From assembly GCF_009914755.1 (NCBI RefSeq), contig NC_060925.1: a stretch of DNA of 64,000 nt. One strand, written 5' to 3'. The notes under the pieces are model-generated. The model saw only the letters and a program-made list of their open reading frames with translations. It was not told where the DNA came from and searched no databases. The DNA comes from the human T2T-CHM13v2.0 reference genome, Homo sapiens. Within the stretch, counting starts at the first letter, position 1. Each line of letters opens with the position of its first letter. Both the position numbers and the translations under genes were made by a program. This document shows, one piece after another, positions 45,001 to 63,685 of this stretch.

Positions 45001-48000
45001 CTATACTCTATCCTAGAACTAATACATATGAATCTCTGGGAATGGAGTATAAGACTCGGATTTGAAAAGGTGTCCTTAGTTATTCTAAGGACTGAGCAGT
45101 TTGGATACTGGTTTGTTAGAGTAAAATGGTTAGGTACCTAGTATCAACCTAGCCATCTAACCTTATATTAACAACTAGGAAAATAAAGGGTTGGAGCCTC
45201 TGTGTTTCTTTGCTGAAAAATCTGCTGCTATTCTTAGTTCTATGAAAACAAATTCAAAATTCGGTTATTATCACCTTAAAAGTACAAAACCTATAGATAT
45301 TGAAAATGCAATTATTTTTCTACAGGCATAGTTAAAATGAGTTTGTATATATTATAAATCAGTTTCTTTATAAGTCATTTATTTAGATAAATTTTGTTAT
45401 ACTGACATGATTCACTAATTTTCTAAATATAAATGGTTCAGCTCTCAGTTATTTTTAAACTAAAGAGCTGTGTTATACTTATTATTTCTAATTGGCTTTT
45501 ATGATGTTTTAGGTTTCTTTTGAATCCCGTGTCCTTCAAGTGCTTTCCAACTTTGAGAAGAAGAAATTGACCACCCGGACTATGGAACTGTGCGTAACAG
45601 CTTTGAAAGTGTATTTAAAAATTAAATCTGTATGCCTTTAAATCAGTGAATTGGAAATATATTACATGTATTTTAATGACTTTCCTCAAATACAATAAAT
45701 TGTTTTCTTTCCAATGGAATGGTGTTTGTATTTTTTCTTTACCTGGTTTAACACATGTAGGAGAACATAACTAGATGATTACATCAAATTCTTTTTAAGG
45801 CAATTTTATAATATATTTTATTTATGATTACAAAAACTGCCTTTTAAAAGTTCTTGCCTGGATATGAATGCAGTTTCACATTTTTTAAATTGTAATCTTG
45901 CTTTTTGTAATTATTTTATATTTGTCTGGCTTCGAGTTTTATTGGGTTTTAGTTTTTTGGAAGTGGGGGATTTATCCCAATTTAGAAATTTGTATCCTTG
46001 CCGTAATACAGTCTACCATTTTTGTTCTCCCAGATCTTTCATCTGTCAGAACATCACTCAAAGGTGAAAATATTTCCCACATAAAATTATTCTTTTCCTT
46101 TAGTGAAATTAGTTCCAGCTGTATATACGTAGGAAAACATTCTTCTTTTTATTCGATTCATTCCTATAGGTACGTTCCTGGGTCTGTGATTACACCTTTA
46201 CCTTAGAGGCACTGCCCAAAAAGACTCAAGTCTTGTGTAAAAATGCTGTTGTGGATCATAGCTTCCTACCTTTTACAGCATCGTGAGGCAGGGAGAGTAA
46301 GAACATTAGAGACAGGAATTAGAGGCATGGAGAAATGAACCCTGGAGCATCCCAATGGTGAGATATAAAATAGTTCAAGAACTATTAAAGAAGACTAAGG
46401 AGGAATAGCTAGAAGCTAAATGAAGAAAGTATCTCAAATAGGAAGGAGTGATCAAATATTTTAGCTGTGTTGATGAGTTAGGAAAGATGAGTTTTTGGAT
46501 TAAGCACTGGGTAGAGCAACCTTTGGGACATTGACGTTGACCAACTTGGTGGATATCAGGAGTAAGAGGAGGTATTCAAGAGAATGTTGGAGAGGAATTT
46601 AATATAGTGAGTATTGAAGACAACACTTAAGGAGTCTTGCTTTCAAGGGGATGTGAGAAATGGGTTGTTAATGGAGGGTAATATAGCATCAAAAAGCTGT
46701 TTATTTTAAGATCGATGATATAGCAGGTTTCTATGCTAATGGGACTGATTCAGTAGACAGAAAAAGCATAATGCAGGAAACAGAGGGATATTGATGAAGA
46801 CATAGACCTGGTAAAAAAATAGAAGGCTTGGTTTTAAAGATAGGCACACAAACAGCTAATTACTAACAGTAGGATGTACGTCAGATTATGGAGGTCCAGA
46901 TGTTTGTAGTTCAGTAGATAGGAGGAGCATGTCAAATTTTTGTGATATTTTCTCAGTGAAATAGGAAGCAAGCTCATAAAAAGGGAAGAAATCACGAAGG
47001 ATTAAGGAAGGAAAAAGAGATGTAAAATGAATAGCTAGGAATGTACAAAAGTAAACAAACTCTTGGCAATCTGTGGTTTATTTAAGTGGTATTAGTCAAT
47101 GTGGTTTCGTGTTCTTTTCCAGTTCAGTTCAGCAGAGGCGCTATCACTGAATAAGTACAGAATTCAGTTTAACTAAAGGTGAGATTTCTCTAGGTGAATA
47201 AAACAGTCAGTGATGAGATGTTCATACATTTAGGAGAATGATTATAAAAGAGGGATATGGAAAGTAATCTGGGTTAAGGAGTGAAGTGAGAAAATAAAGA
47301 AGGTTGAGACAGTGGAAAATGGTATCATCAATTGTAGATTGCAGTGTGGTTGACGATGCAATGGAGTTCTCGAGGTAGGAACTAGAAATTTGGGAGATTT
47401 AGATAAGAGTGGGTTGATTGAAATTGGAAGTATTAGAGGATAATAGTATATAATAGTACTAAGTATAGTATACTAAGTATAGTAGCATAGTGCTAAGTAT
47501 ATACTATCTTGTGAGTATAAGTTTTAGGATGTGAAGATGGGGGTAGCATAGAGGCAAAGTGATGGAAGGAGATGAGTTAAAGGAATTGAGAACCTAGGAG
47601 ACTGAAAGGATTATCTAAATGAATTTTGAAATCTCAACAAGAGCTGTGCTGAGTGCTTGTAGTCATTATTTTATGTTTACTACTCTGTGAGAAGACAGCA
47701 CTTCCTTTTGTGAGTAATGGAAAGTTCTTTCATGTGTCAATTGTAAGATACTTTATTAGGTTCAATTATCTTTAGTAATGCATACTAAAAAATAGTGAGC
47801 TCAGTGGGATTATTCAGTAGATATGTGAGCTAACCCCCTCTGTCAGACACCTAAGAGGTAGAACTGATGGTCTTCAAGAGGAATAGAGACTTCTCATCCT
47901 AAGTGTGTAAGCTGTGAAATATCCCACCCTATGTTTTCTGAAAACAAACGTTATATAGAGTGTCCACATAAAAGCTAACAGGAAATCTCACACACACACA

Positions 48001-50619
48001 GACACACACACACACACACACACACACAAAACATTGAAAAACTTCAGGAAAGATATACCCTGTACCCAACATGAACGAGGTCAAAGCAATGAAGAAAAAG
48101 CTAGGAAATCAAATAAGTCTAGAACAACTGTGACTAATATATAAAGATTTGAGGTGGTTATATCCATTTAAATGGTATCAATTAGAAAGGAAAAAAAGAG
48201 GCCAGGCACAGTGGCTCATTTCTGTAACGCCAGTACTTTGGGAGGCCAACACAGGCAAATCAACCTGTGGTCAGGGGTTAGAGACAAGCCTGGCCAACAC
48301 GGTGAGACCCCGTCTCTACTAAAAATACAAAAATATTTGCTGGACTTGGTGTCGCGTGCCTGTGCTCCCAGCTGCTTGGGAGGCTGAGGCAGGAGAATTG
48401 TTTTGACCCAGAAGGGGAGATTGCAGTGAGCTGAGATTGCGCCATTGCATTCCAGCCTGGGTGATGGAGTAACATCCAAAAAAAGGTATTTTACATAAGA
48501 AATTTTATTTTATTTTTCTGTAAATTATAAAATAGCACTTAATATGGAATTTATATACCAGAATCTTTGAATATCCAAAATTTAAGATGAGAGCAATTTT
48601 GAGAAACTTTTCAAAGCTTAGGAAAAGGTAACTACATAAAACACCATTATGTGTTATTTATGGGTACATTAGATGAAGTAAGTCACAAAAACACGCATAG
48701 AAATGATCATATAAACTTGCAAGAAATTGAATGTCTTGCTATTGAAGGAAAGGTTGAGGTGTAAGAGATTGAGGTTGAGTGTGAGAAGCTCTGTATATAT
48801 TGTATTTTTCTTAAAAATATATATTTAAACTCACATTTCTTGTTTTTCAAATGTTCACTCCAATGAAAATTCTTTTACTTTTCCTGTTAGAATTTTTATT
48901 TCCACTCTCACATATGCAGTGTACTATTGTTCAGAAATATTAGTGATCCTCCTTGCAAATGAATACTCCCATCCTGCTGATTTTCAGAAGGTCCAAGTGA
49001 TTTGCTTTGGCTGTGAAATGTAAGCAGAAAGAGTGTTATTTTGGGGACTTCCCGATTGCAAAACAACATAGTATCGCAACTTTTGACATAGCATTTACGT
49101 TGCATTAGTCATTATAAGTAATCTGAGATGATGTAAAGGTTATATGGAAATACTACATTTTATATAAAGGACTCGAGTAGTTATTGCTTTAAGTATCCAT
49201 GGTGGGTCCTGGAACCAATTCCTCATGGATATGGAGGCACAAGGAACCACTGTAGTTAAACAAATAATCACTTTAAAACTTAAAACCTTTTGCATGGTGA
49301 GTACAGTCATGCACCGCATATATGATGGTGGTATAGTTAAGTTTATTATGCCATACATTTATTGGAAGTTTCCTATGTTTAAATGTATTGAGATACACAG
49401 CTACACTGCTTTACAGTTGCCTATAGTATTCAGTAAAATAACATGCTTTACAGGTTTGTAGCCTAGGAGGAATAGGCTATGCAATCTAGGTTAATGAAGT
49501 CCATTCTGTGATATTTGCACAGTGGCTTAATTACCTAAGGGCTTTGTCTTCAGAACATACTCCTGTCATTAAGGAATGCATGAGTGTAGTTGGACAAAAA
49601 ATAATAATGCAGGCATACCTTTGGCACTGTCCTAATTCTTACCAACATCCATGATTGCTTAAATTTGCACTGGAAAGACTTCAAAAAACAGTGATATATT
49701 AGGACAGTATATTTCCAATACATGACAAATGATAACAACATAAGAACTCAAAACATTCAATAAGAAAGAACATAACAATTAAAGCAAAACTAGATGGGAA
49801 AAGGAAGAAGCAAATTTCAAGAGAAAACTCAAAAGGCCAAAAAGTGTGAAATGATGTTCAGCCTTGCTAGTAATTGGGAAAAACACAAATCTCTTTTTTT
49901 TTTTTTTTTTTTTTTTGAGAGGGAGTCACCCTCTGTCGCCAACACTGGAGTGCATTGGGGCGATCTGGGCTCACTGCAAGCTCTGCCTCCCAAGTTCACA
50001 CCGCCATTCTCCTGCCTCAGCCTCCAAAGTAGCTGGGACTACAGGGGCCCGCCACCATGCCTGGTTAATTTTTTGTGTTTTTCGTAGAGACAGGGTTTCA
50101 CCATGTTAGCCAGGATGGTCTCCATCTCCTGACCTCGTGATCTGCCTGCCTCAACTTCCCAATGTTCTGGGATTACAGCTGTGAGCCACCGTGTCTGGCC
50201 CAAATCATTTTTAATCTATTAGGCAAAAATTAGAGCTATGATAATATTCATTTTTGGTGGGAGTGTGGCAAAAGGTACTATAACAGAATGCTACTAGAGA
50301 GTAAACTTTGATACATTTGTAAGGGCAATTTTGCATAATATGAAAATTTAAAAATATGCTTCCAGTTTCACATACGTTTATCTAGCATACAGAATTACCC
50401 ATGTGTAAACATGTATACAGATGTTCATTATAACACTTCTTATAAAAACAAAATATTTGCAAATATTCATATGAACAAGTGCATACATATGATCTTAGTC
50501 CAGTTAGAATTTTCTGTTTTATTTCAATCCTTTAAAAGACTCAACTTCTGATTCTATATAAACAATTCAAAAAAGAATGTGTTTTCCCTATGTGCATTTG
50601 GTCAGGTAAATTAAAAAAT

Positions 50620-50693
50620 ACACCTCATGCTAGCCTCACAAAACTGGAATAAGCCTTGGGAAAGAAGTTGTCCTTGAAGCTTGTATCTGACAT
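50620..50693 (+). pseudogene. Gamma-actin pseudogene 3'UTR remnant (right copy)
   Basis: Mirror of 13152-13225. Confidence 0.82.
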
Positions 50694-53600
50694 TGTAGCA
50701 GGACGAGCCGCAGAAAAAACCTCTCAGACACTGAGTTGTAGAAGGAAGGGCTTTATTCAGCTGGGAGCATTAGCCAGCTACTGTCTCTAAATCTGAGCTC
50801 CTGGAGTGCACAATTTCTGTCCTTTTTAAGGGCTCACAACACTAAAGATTTCACATGAAAGCTTTGTGATTGATTTGAGCAAGCGAGGTATACATGACAA
50901 GGACTACTTGCCCCGGTGGTCAGGGAGAAACAGAATATGGAAGAGAGTTTCACAATGTTCTTCTACACAATATCTGGAATCTGTGAATCACATCGGCTTC
51001 TAAATCATAAGTGGATGTTCAACTACTGGGTTTAGGCCAACCAGGCCCAGGTCTGTTTTTGGGCCTGGCGCCGGGCTGCCTGTCTTTGGTTTTATTTCCT
51101 TGTTGTTTTTACTGAATAGAAAACAATGTAAAACAAGAGGAGAGGGTCTTTCTCCTCTCTCATTTTCTTTCTTTGAGACTTTCACTCATTTTTATTAGTG
51201 GGAGCTGTCACTTTTATGATTTATGTTCTTCTGTGCAATAGATTGATAGCCATTTATATTGTATGCTTGTGCTGAAGGCTTTTGGTGAAATAAGGGAGAG
51301 ACGAAGTTTTTTATGATTTGGAGAAACACAGGTATCAGACAAGGGAGCAGTAAGCAGGTTCCTATTACTATTATTACCTCTATTATAAGAGTTTTAAATC
51401 CTCCTATTGCTGGGAACTACTTTCTAAACATGGCTCCTGGATTGAGTCTGTGCCAGCCTTGCACGAGTACATGTGCCAGTTTTGTTATATCCTTAAGTAT
51501 ATGCTCAACTACTTGTTCTTTATCATCTATGTGTAGGCAACATGTTTCGTCAGATTCTCTCGCCAGGCAAGAACAGTCAAGGCTTGTTGGGTTTTATTAG
51601 TAATAATTTCTAAAGCAGCTTGTAACCATATGAGCATGTAGATAGGGGTTGGATATCCTCATGAGCCATCTTGTACTTAAGTGGCGGGTCCATAGTATTG
51701 TATGATTCTTTCAGGGGTGCATTCATCATCTTTCTAACCACTTATGGCTATGCTTCATTTTGCCTGGGAAGCATAGACTGGGAAGCCTACAAGTTCAACT
51801 GTTTTTATGGGCAGTAAGAAGAAAGATGGCTTCATGGTGCCAATTACACAGCCACACGCCCACTGGTCAGGCAGCTTAGCATAAGCTTTGTGTCTACATA
51901 TCTAGCATAACCTAGTGGGGGCCGTCCAGTCCTGGTGGAATTCTGGATGGGCCTAAACAGTCTGCAACTTTGGAAATTTGCTGAATGCATTTCTTTCTGT
52001 GTAATTGGAACTGTACCATGTAACTGTTTTTGTGGCACCATTATACAGGTTTTGCCTAAGACAAATAAGCCGCCTTACGGGATGAGTAAATCCTTTTCTT
52101 TCTCTAGCTACGCATTACTGTCTAATAATTGTGACTTTTAGAAACTAAAAATTGTCGGGGTTGTTCTTTTGGGATGGAATTCGTGAGGAACTCCATCTGT
52201 AGGAACTAATTCTTGGGCTTCTTATGGCCATTGATCTCCTGTTACAGTCCTTCCACAAACATCACATGAAATGACTTGTAGAGACTGGGCTACATGTTTG
52301 GCTAATTGCAAAAACAAATTTTTAGTTTTTTTCAGAAATTTCAGGTATAGGCACATTGAATTCATCATAGAAAGTGTGAAATACTTGTCCTGGTGAGCGT
52401 TTTTGAACTTCTTCTTTTATCAGGATGCTTACACTAGAATCTAGTCCTTTTCTATCAATGCCTAATGTTATATATTTTCTTTTATTCCACTTTGGATCTG
52501 AGGGGTTTGTGATGATCAATTTTAAAGGGTTGCAGCTCCCACTTGTGCAAGAGGGGCTGACTTTTCTTTTTTGGAGCCAAACAGGATCTTTTTTATCTTT
52601 CTTCTAAGTAGCCTAACTGACGCAATACCACTATTGACACATCGAACATAAATATGGTTCTTGACAGATGTACTTATTTTCTGTGTGTAATTTTTCCCAA
52701 ATTTAGAGAAATGCATCTTATCCTCTGCTGTTTAGTATTAATAGTGGCACGAGCATCAAATTTTAAAGTTACATTTGTGGGGACTCTTCTTTCTTCTGTT
52801 CTAGCTATCACTTTACTTGTGTTACTTAGAGAAGGACCAGTTCTTAGTCTTACTTCGAAGACTGTGATCATGGGGGTTTAGAGGGGTCATAGCACACATC
52901 GGGCTGGTCACTTCCTGGATTACATACTTAGTACTGGGTGTTATTATACAAACAGGTTCTGTTTGGAGTTCTTAGGCATTCATAATAGCTGTAAAATAAA
53001 ACGATCATCTTAACTTGTCCTTCTTCAGTGTCCTGATGTATGCACTGAAGGCAGTCCTCTGTGTGGGAAGAGGTAGTGGAAGCTTTTACCACACAGGTCC
53101 ATGTTATAAGGACAATAAGTCCTACGACGATTTTCCTCATGCTTTGGCCATGTGTAGTCTAGTCAGCTTCGTGGTGTGATTGGAGCAGGGCTTGTCATTT
53201 TCTTCAAGGTCACTTTTCAGGGATTGTCCAAGTTTGGTTTGGCCTCCTAGGTCTCAGCGGCTGCAGGCTTCATGAGGCTGTGGTGAATCTAGGCTGGGAT
53301 TCCTTCTACATTGACAGCTGTGGGAGTGGTCAGGTTAATTGTCTGGGGTCCTTTCCACTGTGGCCACAGCGGAGCCACGTTCCAGTCCTTGATCCACACA
53401 ATGTCACCTGGAGAAAAAGGGTGAACTGGGGAGAATCAGCTGCCTGGGCACCTCTCATTTACTCAAGTTGAGATAGTCTGAGTAATTTTCCCTAAGGCCT
53501 GTAGCTGCCGCTGTAATGCAATCTCACCTAACTCTTGGGGAGTACCTGGAAGCCCTCCCAGTATGGGAGGAGGCCTATGATACAGAATTTCAAAGGGGGA

Positions 53601-56600
53601 GTATGCTGTTCTCTTAGAAGGGGTACACTTAATTTTAAACAATACTATAGGAAGGACTTGTGTCTATTTTAAATTTGTTTCTTGACATACTTTCCAGAAA
53701 CTTTTTCTGATAGTTCGATTCATTTGCTGCACTTTCCGGAACTCTAAGGTTGGTAAACGGCATGTAACTTCTATGAAATTCTTAATACCTTTGCCGTCTT
53801 CTGTATCAAGTCAGCAACAAATGCTGGCCTATTATTTGAGCCAATTCGTAGAGGCAGTCCAAACCTAGGGATGAAATTTTGAAGAAGTACACAGGTTACT
53901 TCAGGAGCTTTTTCAGTTCATGTTGGATAAGCCTCCACCTACTTAGAGTAAGTAAACACTAGAACCAGTAAATACTTGTTACTTCTACATTTAGGCATTT
54001 CTGTGAAGTCCACTTGAAGATCTTCAAAATGAGCTGCTCCAGAGGCTTCTATTCCCCGAGGTACAGAGGGGCCTTGCTTCGCATTGTGCTGTCCACAGGT
54101 AAGGCATCACTGCGCTACTGTTGTAGCAACAGCTGGCAAGGGTGAGATGTAGAAATACTGGCCTAACAGCTTTTCAAGTGATTCTTGGCCTCAATGGGTA
54201 GTTTCACATACAGTCAGCATGACTGTATAGCAGCGGTGGCACTGCTATTCTTCCATCTGGTAACTTTATGTATCTTTCCTTTATTGTTTGTCCTCTCTCT
54301 GTCTGAAAAAATTCTTTTTCCTCTTTAGAATAAGTTGGCACCAGATCAAGCATTTGAAGGAGTAGCAGGGCTGTGACTGATGTCTGGTAAGGAGTAGATG
54401 CTGCTTTTCCTGCCTCTGTGTCTGCTCAGGGCTTTCCTTGGCAAACCGAAGCGGAAACTCGCTGATATCCCCTGCAATGCATGAATGCCACCTTTTGGGG
54501 TTTCTACACTGCTTCTAATCATTGTAGAATTTCTTGCTGACATTTTATGTCTTTTCCTCTAGAATTTTTTCCTTATACAATGCTTCACATACTTGAAGGG
54601 TTAGAAAGGCATATCAAGAATCAGTATAGATGTTTACAATCTTAGGTTCACTGAGTTCCAGAGCCCGAGTTAGAGGAATGAGTTCTGCTTTTTGGGCTGA
54701 AGTGCTCTGAGGCAATGGCTTAGCTTCAACAACATCATCTAAGTTTACTACTGCATATCCTGCACACCTTTCTCTTTGCGGGTTGATGAAGCTGCTTCTG
54801 TCCATGTAGAACTCCTAATCTACCAATGCCTATGGCTGGTCTCAAAGATCTGGTCTGCTAGAATAGACATAGTCCAACACCTCTACACAGTTATGTTTAA
54901 CAGGGCTGTCTGATACTGGGAGCAAAGTGGCAGGATTTAAAGAATTACAGACTTCTATGGTTATACATTGATTTTCACATAACAAGCTTTGGTGTTTAGT
55001 TAATGTAGCATTTGTTAGCCAATGGTGTCTTTTGGTGTTCCTTAGAGTTACATTAGAGTCAGCTTGGGCTGACATAAGTTTTTCTTTTAACTTATAAGTC
55101 TTGTTGTTGTAGAGACCTCTATTTAAAAGGCTCTCGGTCACCCCCTTTATAACTCCATTCAATGCTTTGGCTAACACCACAAAGTTTGGAATCTGCAGTC
55201 TGCAAAAATCTCACAGCTCCTAAATGTTCTCTTATTTGCCTCCTGGTTTTAGGTTCTGGTAAGCTGCAGATGACCTGCTTTCTTGCTGACCATAGACTGC
55301 ACTCCCCTTTTCAAATAGTGAATCCTAGGTAGTGTACCTGCTGTCTGCAGATCTGAGCTTTCTTTTTGGGCACTTTATATCCACAGTCCTCCAGGTGTCG
55401 AAGCAGGGCACCCGTCCTTTTTGCACACCTGACTGCCATGGAGTGTCCTAGCAGAAGGTCATCTACATACTGGAGCAGGATGCAACCTAGGTCTTTAGCA
55501 GGAAACATTTGGAGGTCTCCAACCGAGGCCTCCCCAAAGATGGTGGGGGACTTTTTGAACCTTTGGGAAAGTCGAGTCTAAGTGTACTGAATGGTGACAT
55601 CTGACTCCGGATCTTCCTACTGAAAGGCAAACAGCTTTTGGCTCTCAGGAACTAGCCTGATGTGAAGAAGGCATCTTTCAAGTCCTGTACGGGTCGATAG
55701 TCTTTGGTCCTTGGTTTAGGGACAGGTAGGAGGTGGGTGTTCCATGGAGACTGGCAAGGAACTAGAATTCCAGAGGCTTTTAAGCATATAAGATGAGTCT
55801 CTATTCCTTTAAAGGCTTCCCTGGGAACAGGATACGGCTTTTGTCCAATTGGCTAGGTCGTAGGCTAAACTTCTATGAGTACGGGGGCTTGATTGATTGC
55901 CAGCCTCAGAGGATTGTCCTCCATCTCTACTCAGAGCCGTCACTCAGCTGGAGCCACTTTTATTTCCTGAGCTGGCTCAGTTAGCAAAAGTCTCCACTCT
56001 TCTTCCTGGGGGACTGGAAGGGCCATGATGACTCCTATTTCTGGCAACTCCAGCTGTAAAGTGCCTTGTTTTGTCAAGGAAATGGTGGCTCTTAACTTGC
56101 TAAGCAAGTCTCTTCTCAACAAAGGCAAGGGACAGTCAGACATATACAGAAATGGATAAATCACTTTGTGTCCTCCCACTGAGCAGTTGCGCGGTAGACA
56201 GAAGTCCTGCTTGGTAGAGACTCCTGTTGCTCTAATTCTATCAATGGTCTTTATAGATGAGGGGGCCACTGGAGTGCTTACTACTGAGTGTTCGGCTCTT
56301 GTATCCACTAAAAACTTAATGTCTTTGCCCCTTATTGTCATCCTGACCATGGGCTCCTTGGGGGCATTTGAGCCTGTTCCCCTTAATTCTAGCAGCCCCT
56401 CAGCTAGATTGAACAAAATCCTTTCATCTTGGTTTGAGGTCTTTGGCTCTGCATCACTCTGATTTTCTTTGAGTTGGGGACATTTATCTTTCTAATGTCC
56501 TATTTCTTTACAGTAGGCACATTAGTCATGCTGCAAATGTGAGTGATTGGACAGGGCATTCCTCCCAGAACCCCCTTTTTTCTGCCTTTTCAGGAGAATT

Positions 56601-58534
56601 CCTCTAATTGTCACAGCCAGCAAACTAGCGTTTCACCTGGCCTGGCGTTCGCCCTCCTTACGGCTTTCTTGGCCGCTTGTTGCATCTCTATTTACAAATA
56701 CTTCATTAGCTCTTTCCAGTAACTGCAAGGTTTTCATTCCTGCAAACCTAGCCTGTTTTTGCAATTTTCTCTGGATATCTTCTGCACTCTGAATAACTAA
56801 GGCCGTATTAATCAACAGCTGATTTTCAGGACTCTCCAGATCGAAAGGAGTGTACATGCAATAGGCCTCACACGGTCTTTGATAGAACTGGGCTGGGCTT
56901 TCCTCCTTTCCTTGGATGACTTCAGAAACTTTATTTACATTGGTACCCTTTTGAGCCCCTTTTTTCAACCTTTCAATTAATGCCTCTCGGTACCCTCTTA
57001 GCCTTTCCATATCTGGTCCTTCATTTGGATCCTATTGAGGGTCCGTTCCTGGCAGCTGAATTCTTATGTATTCTTGGGGACTTTGATAATTGGCTGGGAT
57101 GTGCTCCTCCAGCCATTTAACTGTTGCCTGCAGCACCTGTTGCCTTTTATGTGTTTTAAAGAGGTACATGAGTAGCTGGTGGCAATCAGCCTAAGTAGGA
57201 TTCTGAGTCTGGATAATTCTTTGAAGCAAGTCAATTAGGGCTTGAGGCTTTTCAGTGTAAGATGGAGTGTTATTTTTCCAGTTGAGTAGTTCAGCAGAGG
57301 TAAAAGGGTGATACACAAAAGCATGCCTTTCTACCGTATGTCTGACCTCATCTGTCCTAGTATATCGCTGCTCTCTCAGGGCATTTGAATTCCCGTCTTG
57401 GGCCGTTAAGCGGGCTGCCAGGGAAGTGGATTTTCCCGCAGTTTCACTTTTGTTCTTGTCTACTCTGGGTGGTCTAGGGGCTGTGGGCTCAGGAGAAGGG
57501 GGCCTCCCCACTGGATAAGGGGTTGAGGGCACTGTTGGTGCCATCTCCTGCCTTGAGTCCTCGAGCTCTGGGTCAAACAGAACTTTAGGTGCTGGCTTCT
57601 CTTGGCCGGTGGAGCGAGAACTTTCCTGAAATAAATGTCCCTTTGCTACTACTACTGCTGCTGCCTGTCCTTTTACCACTGTAGAGGATCTAAAACTAGC
57701 TGTAACTAGGAATCTCTATATGGAAATTGATATGGGTGCAGGCACACCATGAGCGATCAGGCCAAGCTTCCGCTCAGGTGGAGTGGGGCAAGTTGAAAAG
57801 ACTTGTCTTACTAAGTTTCAGATGTCTGGACTCCAAGTGCCAGTTCCTTCCTGGTGTTCAGCCACTGTGTTAATCCTCCGCGGGGATCACTGCTCTGGCG
57901 AGGCGTTCAACCGGGGCCATTTCCTACCTGGGAGCGCTCTTTGGATCCCATCCCTCAGGCTGGCCAGAGTCCCTGGCAGCCTGAGGGATGCCCCGGCCTT
58001 ACTCCACAAGGCATGCCTAATCTGCCTAAGGAGCTGCCTCGGCCGTCCATCAGTTATCTTGCTTCCAGGTCAGGGAACCAAGAAATGTAGCAGGACAAGC
58101 GGCAGACAAAACTCTCAGACACCGAGTTGTAGAAGGAAGGGTGTTATTCACCTGGGAGCATCGGATAGCTACTGTCTCAAAATCCGAGCTCCCCAAGTGC
58201 ACAATTTCTGTCCCTTTTAAGGGCACACAGCACTAAAGATGTCACATGAAAGGGTCGTGATTGATTTGAACAAGCCAGGGATATGCGACAAGGACTACAT
58301 GCACCCGTGGTCAGGGAGAAACAGAATATGGAAGGGAGTTTCACAATGTTCTTCTATACAATGTCTGGAATCTATGAATAACATCGGCTTCTAAATCATA
58401 AGTTGATTTGTAACTACTGGGTTTAGGCCAACCAGGCCCAGGCCTGGTTTTGTGCCTTTGATTTTGCTTCCTTGTTGTTTTTACTGAATAGAAAACAATA
58501 TAAAACAAGAGGACAGGGTCTTTCTCTCTTCTCA
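50694..58534 (-). mobile_element. HERV-E-type provirus, mirror copy (5' LTR 58086-58534, PBS 58063-58080, 3' LTR 50694-51162)
   Basis: Reverse complement of 5311-13151 with the same TSD (ACAT/ATAT), so it was duplicated with the segment rather than inserted independently. Confidence 0.95.
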
Positions 58535-59128
58535 ATATCAGCACTGGATTGTAGAACTTGTTGCTGATTTTGGCCTGGCATTCAAGTTAACTCTTCCCCT
58601 TGGTATCTGTACATACCTTTGATGTCAGTGTTTAGTACACGTGGCTTGGTCACTTCATGGCTAAAAACGTGCTTGTGGAAGACAAGTCTGGCTTGGTGAG
58701 TCTGTGTGGTCAGCAGTCTCTGATCCGTGCAGGGTATTAATGTGTCAGGGCTGAGTGTTCTGAGATTTATCTAGAGGCTGGGAAGGGCTCCTGAACCAGT
58801 TGTTTCCGTCTTGTCGGTCTGTCAGGGTTGGAAAGTCCAAGCCATAGGACCCAGTTTCCTTTCTTAGCTTACGTTATCTACCAGAGCACCGTGGGCTGTT
58901 ACTTGCCTTGAGTTGGAAGCGGTTCGCATTTATACCGGTAAATGTATTCATCCTTTTAATTTATGTAAAGTTTTTTAGTATGCAATTCTCGATCTTTTAA
59001 GAGTTGACAACAAATTTTGGTTTTCTGCTGTTATGTGAGAACATTAGGCCACAGCAACATGTCATTGTGTAAGGAAAAATAAAAGTGCTACCATATGCAA
59101 AAAAAAAAAAAAAAGAAAAGAAAAGAAA
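58535..59128 (+). pseudogene. Gamma-actin processed pseudogene 3'UTR with poly(A) (right copy); hosts the salivary AMY1 promoter and untranslated exon
   Basis: Mirror of 4717-5310; AATAAA at ~59078; A-tail 59099-59128. Confidence 0.88.
58735..58937 (+). promoter_or_regulatory. Salivary AMY1 untranslated first exon inside the actin pseudogene (5' end approximate; mirror ~4908-5110 on minus)
   Basis: Donor CCG|GTAAAT at 58937/58938 and acceptor CTTCTTACAG|GAA at 59293/59294. It is established that AMY1 initiates in the actin pseudogene; the TSS cannot be determined from sequence alone. Confidence 0.6.
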
Positions 59129-59296
59129 CATTAATGTCTAAGAGGTCATTGAGATGATTTCCATGAGAGACTTTTTGATGTTCTTCACCAGTTAGGATTA
59201 TTATTGATAATCCTTTTCAGATTATGAATAAACAGTTTGCCCTCAAGTATTTATTCATGCTACTATTTACATTGTAAAATGTGCTTCTTACAGGAA

Positions 59297-59303
59297 TATA
59301 AAT
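59297..59303 (+). promoter_or_regulatory. Ancestral (pancreatic-type) amylase TATA box TATAAAT (mirror 4542-4548 on minus)
   Basis: TATAAAT starts 43 bp upstream of the ATG. Confidence 0.7.
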
Positions 59304-59339
59304 AGTTTCTGGAAAGGACACTGACAACTTCAAAGCAAA

Positions 59340-63685
<4,346 letters not shown>

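Noticed and set aside
50694-58534. Second independent HERV-E insertion
   Set aside because: Same TSD, flanks and lesions as the left copy; duplicated with the segment.
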